Shown piece by piece: positions 39,420 through 52,600 of a DNA stretch of 64,000 nt. Under the pieces are notes generated by a model. That model searched no databases. It was not told where the DNA came from and worked only from the letters and a program-made list of their open reading frames with translations. Position numbers and translations under genes: made by a program. Source of the stretch: Lingula anatina (lineage: Eukaryota > Animalia > Brachiopoda); the NCBI GenBank assembly GCA_051362555.1, contig CM120644.1, positions 20,606,534 to 20,670,533 on the forward strand, given 5' to 3'. Position 1 is the first letter of the stretch, and each line of letters starts with the position of its first letter.

Positions 39420-42400
39420 TAGTTATATATAGGTACAATATAACTACATGTATGTGATTTGTTTTGTTGGTCAATATTGACTGACTCCTCAAGACATTCA
39501 AACAAAAAATATACCTGTAACCCCCCCCCCAAAAAAAAAAAAAAAAAAAGAGTTTGAGCATGGATTTTTCAAAGAGCCATATACCCACCAGAAGAGGTAT
39601 TTAATGGCTATTAAACATTGTACATTAGGGAGGTAAAATACAAAGGAGATCCTGGTGGCCTAGCTTTTATTTTGTTGATGATATATTGATGTCCGAAAAT
39701 GTACAAGTTAGATTGCATGGTGTTGCTCAACAGTCTTGGCTGGTAATACCTGCTCATTTCTTCTAATCATGCACTGTTGAACAGTGTGCTTTACAAGAAT
39801 AGGGAATTATCCTCTAACACAGCCTACCTTCGGATTTAAAATTTCGTACTCATTTTTTGGTGGTTTATTATTGAAATTTATGTGGCATTGGTAAAGACAT
39901 TAACCCTTTTCAACCTGCTTCTTGTCTCACATTTCCACTCTTTTTGGAAAAGGATCACTAAGATCCCACTCAGTTTTATATATGTTCAAGGTGACAAGGG
40001 TTGAGCTGTCAGGAGTTGGGGAGGGGGGGGGGGGTTCGCTTAGCAAAAATCTTGATATAGACAAAATTTCATGTATATATCTTGATGCTTGTGCATTGTC
40101 GCCACTGTGTATATCTTTATTGTTGCTGTATGTGTTAATTATAATATAATAATATATATTTTGATCACTGTGTTATGTCTGTGTTATAACTACTGTATGT
40201 GTCTACATATATAATTTTATTGATGATGTATTATCTGTTTTCAGTAGAGATGAAGGTGTGTTTCCTGGATTATCATCACACTGAGGACAACTGAACTGAT
40301 CTCAACCTAGCAGCCTCAGCACAGGTCAGTGCAACTATGATATTGCCATACTGATGATTCTGTTAAATCGCAATGTGACCATTGCCACTATATGTTGTAC
40401 CTAAGAAATTATCATTTTGGAAAAGGATCACTTAGATCCCACTCAGTTTTATATATGTTCAAGGTGACAAGGGTTAATGTGAAATGTCACTAGTTGGGGG
40501 AGGGTTCGCTTCGCAAAAATCTTGATATAGCCAAAATTTTATGTATACATTCTGTTGCCTGTGCATTGTCTGTGATGACATTGAATATAATAATATATTC
40601 TGGTCACAGTCTATGTCTTTATTGTTGCTGTATGTGTTAATTATAATATAATAATATATTTTATATGTGTTAATTATAATATAATATATAATAATATATA
40701 ATTATAATATAATAATATATTTTGATCACTGGTTACATCATCAGCAAAAAAAGGTCAGTGCAGTAATGATATTGCTACACTGGTGATTCTCTTCAATCCC
40801 ATTTTGACCATCACTGTATGTTGTAACTGAGAAATTAACATTTGTAAATGGGACACTTAGATCCAAACCAGTTTTAAATATGTTCGAGGTGACGGGTTAG
40901 TGTGAACTGTTCCAATTTGGGGGAGCGAGGGTTCACTTAGCAAAAATCTTGATAAAGACAAAATTTCATGTATACATCTTGATGCTTGTGAATTGTCGCT
41001 TGAGACACTGAATGTGTCTGTATATATTCTGGTCACTGTCTATGTCTTTATTGTTGCTGTATGCAGCCTCAGCACAGGTCAGTGCAACAATGATATTGCC
41101 ATACCAATGATTCTGTTAAATCGCAATGTGACCATTGCCACTATATGTTGTACCTAAGAAATTATCATTTTTGAAAAGGATCACTTAGATCCCACTCAGT
41201 TTTAAATATGTTCAAGGTAACAAGGGTTAATGTGAAATGTCATGAGTTGGGGGGAGGGTTCGCTTCGCAAAAATCTTGATATAGCCAAAATTTTATGCAT
41301 ACATTCTGTTGCCTGTGCATTGTCTGTGATGACATTGAATGTGTCTGTATATATTCTGGTCACTGTCTATGTCTTTATTGTTGCTGTATGTGTTTATTAT
41401 AATATAATAATATATATTTTGTATTATCTGTTTTCAGTAGAGATGAAGGTGTGTTTCCTGGATTATCATCACGCTGAGGACAACTGAACTGATCTCAACC
41501 TAGCAGCCTCAGCACAGGTCAGTGCAACAATGATATTGCCATACTGATGATTCTGTTAAATCGCAATGTGACCATTGCCACTATATGCTGTACCTAAGAA
41601 ATTATTATTTTTGAAAAGGATCACTTAGATCCCACTCAGTTTTAAATATGTTCAAGGTAACAAGGGTTAATGTGAGCTGTCAGGAGTTGAGGGGGAGGGG
41701 GGGTTTGCTCAGCAAAAATTTTAATATAGACAAAATGTCATGTATATATCTTGATGCTTGTGCATTGTCGCTTGAGACATTCAATGTGTCTGTATATATT
41801 CTGATCACTGTGTATATCTTTATTGTTGCTGTATGTGTTAATTATAATATAATAATATATATTTTGATCACTGTGTTATGTCTGTGTTGTAACTACTGTA
41901 TGTGTCTACTTATATATTTTTATTGATGATGTATTATCTGATTTCAGTAGAGATGAAGGTGTGTTTCCTGGATTATCATCACATTGAGGACAACTGAACT
42001 AATCTCAGCCTAGCAGCCTCAGCACAGGTCAGTGCAACTATGATATTGCCATACTGATGATTCTGTTAAATCGCAATGTGACCATTGCCACTATATGCTG
42101 TACCTAAGAATTAAATTATGATTTTGGAAAAGGATCACTTAGATCCCACTCAGTTTTATATATATTCAAGGTGACAAGGGTTAATATGAAATGTCCTAAG
42201 ATGTATGCTGTACCTAAGAAATTACCATTTTGGAAAAGGATCACTTAGATCCCACTCAGTTTTATATATGCATGTTCAAGGTGACAAGGGTTAATATGAA
42301 ATGTCACGAGTTGGGGGGGGGGGGGGGGTTCGCTTCGCAAAAATCTTGATATAGCCAAAATTTTATGCATACATTCTGTTGCCTGTGCATTGTCTGTGAT

Positions 42401-45400
42401 GACATTGAATGTGTCTGTATATATTCTGTTCACTGTCTATGTCTTTATTGTTGCTGTATGTGTTTATTATATTTTGATCACTGTGTTATGTCTGTGTTGT
42501 AACTACTGTATGTGTCTACATATATATTTTTATTAATGATGTATTATCTGTTTTCAGTAGAGATGAAAGTGTGTTTCCTGGATTATCATCACACTGAGGA
42601 CAACTGAACTGATCTCAACCTAGCAGCCTCAGCACAGGTCAGTGCAACTATGATATTGCCATACCGATGATTCTGTTCAATCGCAAAGTGACCATTGCCA
42701 CTATATGTTGTACCTAAGAAATTATCATTTTGGAAAAGGATCACTTAGATCCCACTCAGTTTTATATATGTTCAAGGTGACAAGGGTTAATGTGAGCTGT
42801 CAGGAGTTGGGGAGGGGGTGGGTTTCGCTTAGCAAAAATCTTGATATAGCCAAAATTTTATGTATACATTCTGATGCCTGTGCATTGTCTGTGATGACAT
42901 TGAATGTGTCTGTATATATTCTGGTCACTGTCTATGTCTTTATTGTCGCTGTAATCAAATCTAGTTCTACAACCTTACATCATCAGCAAAAAAAGGTCAG
43001 TGCAGTAATGATATTGCTACACTGGTGATTCTCTTCAATCCCATTTTGACCATCACTATATGTTGTAACTGAGAAATTAACATTTGTAAATGTGTCACTT
43101 AAATCCAAACCAGTTTTAAATATGATCGAGGTGACGGGTTAGTGTGAACTGTCAGGAGTTAGGGGAGGGGGGGGGGGGGGGTTCGCTCAGCAAAAATTTT
43201 GATATAGACAAAATTTCATGTATATATCTTGATGTTTTGTGCATTGTCGCTTGAGACATTAAATGTGTCTGTATATATTCTGATCACTGTGTATATCTTT
43301 GTTGTTGCTGTATGTGTTAATTATAATATAATAATATATATTTTGATCACTGTGTTATGTCTGTGTTGTAACTACTGTATGTGTCTACATATATATTTTT
43401 ATTGATGATGTATTATCTGTTTTCAGTAGAGATGAAGGTGTGTTTCCTAGATTATCATCACACTGAGGACAACTGAACTGATCTCAACCTAGCAGCCTCA
43501 GCACAGGTCAGTGCAACTATGATATTGCCATACTGATGATTCTGTTCAATCGCAATGTGACCATTGCCACTATATGCTGTACCTAAGAAATTATCATTTT
43601 GGAAAAGGATCACTTAGATCCCACTCAGTTTTATATATGTTCAAGGTAACAAGGGTTAATGTGAACTGTTAGGAGTTGGGGGAGGGGGGGGCTTCTCTCA
43701 GAAAAAATTTTGATATAGACAAAATTTCATGTATATATCTTGATGTTTTGTGCATTGTCTGTGATGACATTAAATGTGTCTGTATATATTCTGGTCACTG
43801 TCTATGTCTTTATTGTTGTTGTATGTGTTTCTTATAATTAATAAATATATATTTTGATCACTGTGTTATGTCTGTGTTGTAACTACTGTATGTGTCTACA
43901 TATATATTTTTATTGATGATGTATTATCTGTTTTCAGTAGAGATGAAGGTGTGTTTCCTGGATTATCATCACACTGAGGACAACTGAACTGATCTCAACC
44001 TAGCAGCCTCAGCACAGGTCAGTGCAACTATGATATTGCCATTGCCACTATATGCTGTACCTAAGAAATTATCATTTTGGAAAAGGATCACTTAGATCCC
44101 ACTCAGTTTTATATATGTTCAAGGTGACAAGGGTTAATATGAAATGTCAGGAGTTGGGGGGAAGGTTCGATTCGCAAAAATCTTGATATAGCCAAAATTT
44201 TATGCATACATTCTGTTGCCTGTGCATTGTCTGTGATGACATTGAATGTTTCTGTATATATTCTGGTCACTGTCTTTGTCTTTATTGTTGCTGTATGTGT
44301 TTATTATAATATAATAATATATACGTATTTGTCTTTAGTCTACATATATATTTTTATTGATGATGTATTATCTGTTTTCAGTAGAGATGAAGGTGTGTTT
44401 CCTGGATTATCATCACACTGAGGACAACTGAACTGATCTCAACCTAGCAGCCTCAGCACAGGTCAGTGCAACTATGATATTGCCATACTGATGATTCTGT
44501 TCAATCGCAATGTGACCATTGCCACTATATGCTGTACCTAAGAAATTATCATTTTGGAAAAGGATCACTTAGATCCCACTCAGTTTTATATATGTTCAAG
44601 GTAACAAGGGTTAATGTGAACTGTTAGGAGTTGGGGGAGGGGGGGGGCTTCTCTCAGAAAAAATTTTGATATAGACAAAATTTCATGTATATATCTTGAT
44701 GTTTTGTGCATTGTCTGTGATGACATTAAATGTGTCTGTATATATTCTGGTCACTGTCTATGTCTTTATTGTTGTTGTATGTGTTTCTTATAATTAATAA
44801 ATATATATTTTGATCACTGTGTTATGTCTGTGTTGTAACTACTGTATGTGTCTACATATATATTTTTATTGATGATGTATTATCTGTTTTCAGTAGAGAT
44901 GAAGGTGTGTTTCCTGGATTATCATCACACTGAGGACAACTGAACTGATCTCAACCTAGCAGCCTCAGCACAGGTCAGTGCAACTATGATATTGCCATTG
45001 CCACTATATGCTGTACCTAAGAAATTATCATTTTGGAAAAGGATCACTTAGATCCCACTCAGTTTTATATATGTTCAAGGTGACAAGGGTTAATATGAAA
45101 TGTCAGGAGTTGGGGGGAAGGTTCGATTCGCAAAAATCTTGATATAGCCAAAATTTTATGCATACATTCTGTTGCCTGTGCATTGTCTGTGATGACATTG
45201 AATGTTTCTGTATATATTCTGGTCACTGTCTTTGTCTTTATTGTTGCTGTATGTGTTAATTATAATATAATAATATATACGTATTTGTCTTTAGTCTACA
45301 TATATATTTTTATTGATGATGTATTATCTGTTTTCAGTAGAGATGAAGGTGTGTTTCCTGGATTATCATCACACTAAAGACAACTGAACTGATCTCAACC

Positions 45401-45707
45401 TAGCAGCCTCAGCACAGGTCAGTGCAACTATGATATTGCCATTGCCACTATATGCTGTACCTAAGAAATTATCATTTTGGAAAAGGATCACTTAGATCCC
45501 ACTCAGTTTTATATATGTTCAAGGTGACAAGGGTTAATATGAAATGTCAGGAGTTGGGGGGAAGGTTCGATTCGCAAAAATCTTGATATAGCCAAAATTT
45601 TATGCATACATTCTGTTGCCTGTGCATTGTCTGTGATGACATTGAATGTTTCTGTATATATTCTGGTCACTGTCTTTGTCTTTATTGTTGCTGTATGTGT
45701 TAATTAT

Positions 45708-48262
45708 TATGTACAGACACAGATGTGTCTGTACATATAGCCATCACCTGCGTCCGTCGTCGCCGTCGCCGTGCACTTTTACCGATAACACGATAAGTGG
45801 AAAACCGTTTTTTCTTTTGGTTTGAAACTTACAGAATTTATGAATATTCATGATACGCAGGTCAAGTTCGAAAATCAGCATGATCGGGCCATTTTTAGGG
45901 TAATTATGCTGTTTTTTCACTTTTTTCAGCATATATGCAGTACCGATAACACGATAAGTGGAAAACAATTTTACCTTTTGGCTTGAAACTTACAGAACTG
46001 ATGAATATTCATAATACGCAGGTCAAGTTCGAAAATCAGCATGATCGGGCCATTTTTAGGGAAGTTATGCTGTTTTTTCACTTTTTTCAGCATATATGCA
46101 GCACCGATAACATGATTAGTGGAAAACCATTTTACCTTTTGGCTTGAAACTTACAAAACTGATAAATATTCATAATACGCAGGTCAAGTTCGAAAATCAG
46201 CATGATCAGGCCATTTTTAGGGAATTTATGCTGTTTTTTCACTTTTTTCAGCATATATGCAGCACCGATAACACGATAGATGGAAAACCATATTACTTTT
46301 TGGCTTGAAACTTATGAAACTGATGAATATTCATAATACGCAGGTCAAGTTCGAAAATCAGCATGATCGGGCCATTTTTAGGGAAGTTATGCTGTTTTTT
46401 TCACTTTTTTCAGCATTTATGCAGCAACGATAACATGATAAGTGGAAAACCATTTTACCTTTTGGCTTGAAACTTACAGAACTGATGAATATTAATAATA
46501 CGCAGGTCAAGTTCGAAAATTGGCTTGATTGGACTATTTTTACAAATTTAAAGTTATGCTGTTCTTTCCCATTATTCAGCATATATGCAACACTGATAAC
46601 ACATTTTAAGGAAAACCAATCAGCCTTTTGTCTTGAAACTCACAGGAGTGATCAGTCTGACTAGTATACAGATCAAGTTTGAAAATAAGCTTGATCAGTT
46701 AAGTTTTGATGAAGTTATTAGCCCTTTTGTATATAAGTGGTTTTTCTTCAGATTTAATTCTTAGGCATGTTGACAGTCTCATTATGGAACTAATTAGATA
46801 TGAAAAAGTGTTGTTTTGACATTTTCTGCTTCTTAACAATATTGTTAGTTGATTATATAAAATTGTTTGGAAGTAATACAGTTTTTTTGTGAAAATTTTT
46901 ATCTTTCCTAGTTGCAATTTTCAATGTGGGACTTAGAGCTCCCTTGGGCATGAAGCCTAGTGGTAATCAAATTTTTTTCTTAATGTCCATGTTTTTAATA
47001 GTAGATATTTTAAAATTGGTGGTATTTAATTAGTTAATAATTATGTAATGTTGCATCAAAATTGACAAAAAACCTACTTTGTGCTCTGCCACCATTTTCA
47101 AAGTATGACTCTGACTCTGAAAGAGTAAAGTTTTACTTTCTATTTTTTTAACTATTCTTACAAGAATGATTCTTAGGATTGACATACAGCTCATATTAGA
47201 AAACCAGCTCTATTGGATTATCATTTTTATTAAATTTATGCATTTTTTTGTGAAATTTTCATTTTTCTCATTCTGGCACTTTCTAATTGAAAACTTGAAC
47301 TCTGATGGGCCTGGAGCCTTATGCTTTTACTTTCATCAGTATTACTGGTTGTGCATAATTAAAATTTGATGTTGACTGTGCAGTTAAACATAATGTATTA
47401 TTGCATCAGAATTGGCAGTCTCCTGTTTTTGTGCATTATTGTTTTCTGCTTTTCTTAAGGTGTGACTTATGGGCCTGAAGACCTTTGATAGACAAATTTG
47501 TGTGGTCGGTCTGTAAATTCCCCTTGGGTATTCACTAGGCTAATTTCAGTGATATAAACTCATTTGCCTAATTAAGTGGCCATAAAATGAAATTTCATTA
47601 AGCACACTTGTTGATATTTCCCTGTTAACTCCCAAAGGTTAAGCTCTCTGCTAGATAACATAGTGTCCATAATAAGAAAGCAGTGAATAGCAGCTTCATT
47701 GGAATTATATTTTTGTTGTTTTCTTTTTAATTTTTTCTCCAACACTGGCATTTTTAATATGTGATTTTTAACTCCCATCCACCTGAGGCTCTGCAAATTT
47801 TCAGTATTTCCACATAAGCAGCTGTATTGGTATTTATGTCTTTAAACACGCTGTAATATTATTTTATGCACTGTCATCATTTTTCATATATTGGGACTTT
47901 CATCATGTGAATTTTAACTCTCATGGTCCTGACACTGTAATCTTATTGAAAGGGTGGATTGAGACCATCTTCTGGGTCTCCTGGAAGGCAGTCAGATTTT
48001 AAAGTTTATATTAACGGGTTTCTGTTGGAAGACCATCAAAATGGAGGATGGATCAACAAAGATACTTTGGAATACTGGCAGAAAATATCTCTGGATCTGC
48101 TCCTGTTATTGAACATGTTACCTGTTGTGCATGATTAAAAATCAGTGTTGACTGACTGTGCTATAATAAGCATTCATTATTGCATCAAAATTGACAAAAT
48201 GACCTATTTTGCATCTTTTTTTTCTGTTTTTTGTCTGTACATTTGACAGCTTTGCTGCCTTG
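45708..48262 (+). mobile_element. Non-autonomous Helentron/DINE-1-like element (HINE), ~2.55 kb
   Basis: 5' inverted repeat atgtacagacac-agat-gtgtctgtacat, then a GTC/GCC-type microsatellite stretch and internal tandem repeats. The 3' end has subTIR gtctgtacat plus short hairpin gacagc-ttt-gctgcc. There is no clear TSD, and the empty site lies at ~55810. Confidence 0.85.
45781..46720 (+). repeat. 161-bp internal tandem repeats of the HINE, ~5.5 copies
   Basis: accgataac at 45781, 45942, 46103 and 46264, with diverged copies at ~46426 and ~46592. Confidence 0.95.
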
Positions 48263-48640
48263 TAATATAATAATATATATGTATTTTGATCACTGTGTTA
48301 TGTCTGTGTTGTAACTACTGTATGTGTCTACATATATATTTTTATTGATGATGTATTATCTGTTTTCAGTAGAGATGAAGGTGTGTTTCTTGGATTATCA
48401 TCACACTGAGGACAACTGAACTGATCTCAACCTAGCAGCCTCAGCACAGGTCAGTGCAACTATGATATTGCCATACCGATGATTCTGTTCAATCGCAAAG
48501 TGACCATTGCCACTATATGTTGTACCTAAGAAATTATCATTTTGGAAAAGGATCACTTAGATCCCACTCAGTTTTATATATGTTCAAGGTGACAAGGGTT
48601 AATGTGAGCTGTCAGGAGTTGGGGAGGGGGTGGGGTTCGC

Positions 48641-49638
48641 TATGGGCGGCGGTTTATACAAAAATGCAAAACACGATTAGTCGTCATCGTTATCAGATCA
48701 GTCGAAATGAAAACACGATTAGTCGTCGTCGTTATCAGATCAGAAGGCAAAATACGACTAGTAGTCGTCAAAACGCAACTAGTCATCAAAACGCAACTAG
48801 TCATCAAAACGCAACTAGTCATCATCAAAACGCAACTAGTCATCATCAAAACGCAACTTGTCATCAAAACGCGATTTGACGCCAGATGGCGCCCATTGTA
48901 CGAAAATCTAGGCCAAGTCACATGATCCACAGTGATCAAAATGGCGGACGTTATTGAAGCAGCATTATCATATTCCTCGCTCGAACTCGAGAATTATCTC
49001 TACGCGTACAATCTAATAATGATATTATATATATAATAATATCTGGAACTTGTGAAATGAGTACAACAATAAAGCAGTGCTTCACAAGTGTGTGTTTTTG
49101 TTTTTTTTTTAATTTATAACATGTCCAAATCATTTAATAAATTATTTAATTATTTATTATTTCGAGAATTATCTCTACGCGTACAATTTAATAATGATAT
49201 TATATATATAATAATATCTCGAACTCGAGATAATTCTCGAGTTCGAGCGAGGAATATGATAATGCTGCTTCAATAACGTCCGCCATTTTGATCACTGTGG
49301 ATCATGTGACTTGGCCTAGATTTTCGTACAATGGGCGCCATCTGGCGTCAAATCGCGTTTTGATGACAAGTTGCGTTTTGATGATGACTAGTTGCGTTTT
49401 GATGATGACAAGTTGCGTTTTGATGATGACTAGTTGCGTTTTGATGACTAGTTGCGTTTTGATGACTAGTTTTGATGACTAGTTGCGTTTTGATGACTAG
49501 TTGCGTTTTGACGACTACTAGTCGTATTTTGCCTTCTGATCTGATAACGACGACGACTAATCGTGTTTTCATTTCGACTGATCTGATAACGATGACGACT
49601 AATCGTGTTTTGCATTTTTGTATAAACCGCCGCCCATA
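48641..49638. mobile_element. 998-bp foldback non-autonomous DNA transposon, IS3EU-like
   Basis: Near-perfect ~360-410-bp inverted arms, tatgggcggcggtttataca...tgtataaaccgccgcccata. 6-bp TSD gttcgc at 48635-48640 and 49639-49644; empty site at ~56186. TAY..RTA ends with a 6-bp TSD fit IS3EU. Confidence 0.93.
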
Positions 49639-52600
49639 GTTCGCTTAGCAAAAATCTTGATATAGCCAAAATTTTATGTATACATTCTGATGCCTGTGCA
49701 TTGTCTGTGATGACATTGAATGTTTCTGTATATATTCTGGTCACTGTCTATGTCTTTATTGTCGCTGTAATCAAATCTAGTTCTGCAACCTTACATCATC
49801 AGCAAAAAAAGGTCAGTGCAGTAATGATATTGCTACACTGGTGATTCTCATCAATCCCATTTTGACCATCACTATATGTTGTAACTGAGAAATTAACATT
49901 TGTAAATGTGTCACTTAAATCCAAACCAGTTTTAAATATGTTCAAGGTGACGGGTTAGTGTGAACTGTCAGGAGTTGGGGGAGGGGGGGGGGGGGGGGGT
50001 TCACTCAGCAAAAATTTTGATATAGACAAAATTTCATGTATATATCTTGATGTTTTGTGCATTGTCGCTTGAGACATTAAATGTGTCTGTATATATTCTG
50101 ATCACTGTGTATATCTTTGTTGTTGCTGTATGTGTTAATTATAATATAATAATATATATTTTGATCACTGTGTTATGTCTGTGTTGTAACTACTGTATGT
50201 GTCTACATATATTTTTATTGATGATGTATTATCTGTTTTCAGTAGAGATGAAGGTGTGTTTCCTAGATTATCATCACACTGAGGACAACTGAACTGATCT
50301 CAACCTAGCAGCCTCAGCACAGGTCAGTGCAACTATGATATTGCCATACCGATGATTCTGTTCAATCGCAATGTGACCATTGCCACTATATGCTGTACCT
50401 AAGAAATTATGATTTTGGAAAAGGATCACTTAGATCCCACTCAGTTTTTATTGATGATGTATATTGATATGTTCAAGGTAACAATGGTTAATGTGAGCTG
50501 TCAGGAGTTGGGGAGAGGGGGGGGGGGGTTCTTTTATCAAAAATCTTGATATAGCCAAAATTTTATGTATACATTCTGATGCCTGTGCATTGTCTGTGAT
50601 GACATTGAATGTGTCTGTATATATTCTGGTCACTGTGTATGTCTTTATTGTTGTTGTATGTGTTAATTATAATATAATAATATATTTTGATCACTGTGTT
50701 ATGTCTGTGTTGTAACTACTGTATGTGTCTACATATATATATTTATTGATGATGTATTATCTTTTTTCAGTAGAGATGAAGCTGTGTTTCCTGGATTATC
50801 ATCACACTGAGGACAACTGAACTGATCTCAACCTAGCAGCCTCAGCACAGGTCAGTGCAACTATGATATTGCCATACCGATGATTCTGTTCAATCGCAAT
50901 GTGACCATTGCCACTATATGTTGTACCTAAGAAATTATGATTTTGGAAAAGGATCACTTAGATCCCACTCAGTTTTATATATGTTCAAGGTGACAAGGGT
51001 TAATGTGAGCTGTCAGGAGTTGGGGAGAGGGGGGGGGGGGGGTGTTCGCTTAGCAAAAATCTTGATATAGCCAAAATTTTATGTATACATTCTGATGCCT
51101 GTGCATTGTCTGTGATGACATTGAATGTGTCTGTATATATTCTGGTCACTGTCTATGTCTTTATTGTCGCTGTAATCAAATCTAGTTCTACAACCTTACA
51201 TCATCAGCAAAAAAAGGTCAGTGCAGTAATGATATTGCTACACTGGTGATTCTCTTCAATCCCATTTTGACCATCACTATATGTTGTAACTAAGAAATTA
51301 ACATTTGTAAATGGGTCACTTAGATCCAAACCAATTTTAAATATGTTCGAGGTGACGGGTTAGTGTGAACTAGATCCCACTCAGTTTTATATATGTTCAA
51401 GGTGACAAGGGTTTAAGTGAAATGTCATGAGTTGGGTGGAGGGTTCGCTTCGCAAAAATCTTGATATAGCCAAAATTTTATGCATACATTCTGTTGCCTG
51501 TGCATTGTCTGTGATGACATTGAATGTGTCTGTATATATTCTGGTCACTACATGTCTATGTCTTTATTGTTGCTGCATGTGTTTATTATAATATAATAAT
51601 ATATTTTGATCACTGTGTTATGTCTGTGTTGTAACTACTGTATGTGTCTACATATATATTTTTATTGATGATGTATTATCTGTTTTCAGTAGAGATGAAG
51701 GTGTGTTTCCTGGATTATCATCACACTGAGGACAACTGAACTGATCTCAACCTAGCAGCCTCAGCACAGGTCAGTGCAACTATGATATTGCCATACTGAT
51801 GATTCTGTTCAATCGCAATGTGACCATTGCCACTATATGTTGTACCTAAGAAATTATCATTTTGGAAAAGGATCACTTAGATCCCACTCAGTTTTATATA
51901 TGTTCAAGGTGACAAGGGTTAATATGAAATGTCACGAGTTGGGGGGAGGGTTCGCTTCGCAAAAATCTTGATATAGCCAAAATTTAATGCATACATTCTG
52001 TTGCCTGTGCATTGTCTGTGATGACATTGAATGTGTCTGTATATATTCTGGTCACTGTCTATGTCTTTATTGTTGCTGTATGTGTTTATTATAATATAAT
52101 AATATATATTTTGATCACTGTGTTGTGTCTGTGTTGTAACTACTGTATGTATCTACATATATATTTTTCTTGATGATGTATTATCTGTTTTCAGTAGAGA
52201 TGAAGGTGTGTTTCCTGGATTATCATCACACTGAGGACAACTGAACTGATCTCAACCTAGCAGCCTCAGCACAGGTCAGTGCAACTATGATATTGACATA
52301 TTAATGATTCTGTTAAATCGCAATGTGACCATTGCCACTATATGCTGTACCTAAGAAATTATTATTTTTGAAAAGGATCACTTAGATCCCACTCAGTTTT
52401 AAATATGTTCAAGGTAACAAGGGTTAATGTGAGCTGTCAGGAGTTGAGGGGGAGGGGGGGGGGGGTTTGCTCAGCAAAAATTTTAATATAGACAAAATGT
52501 CATGTATATATCTTGATGCTTGTGCATTGTCGCTTGAGACATTCAATGTGTCTGTATATATTCTGATCACTGTGTATATCTTTATTGTTGCTGTATGTGT

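Noticed and set aside
40220-40302. C/D box snoRNA (uUGAUGA...CUGA, ~80 nt) in each ~500-bp unit
   Set aside because: Box C lacks the leading purine, no terminal stem or recognisable rRNA guide is seen, and it overlaps the putative acceptor.
48517-49744. ORFs with QNATSH / KTQLVI repeats
   Set aside because: They are translations of the 18/21-bp subrepeats in the foldback element arms.
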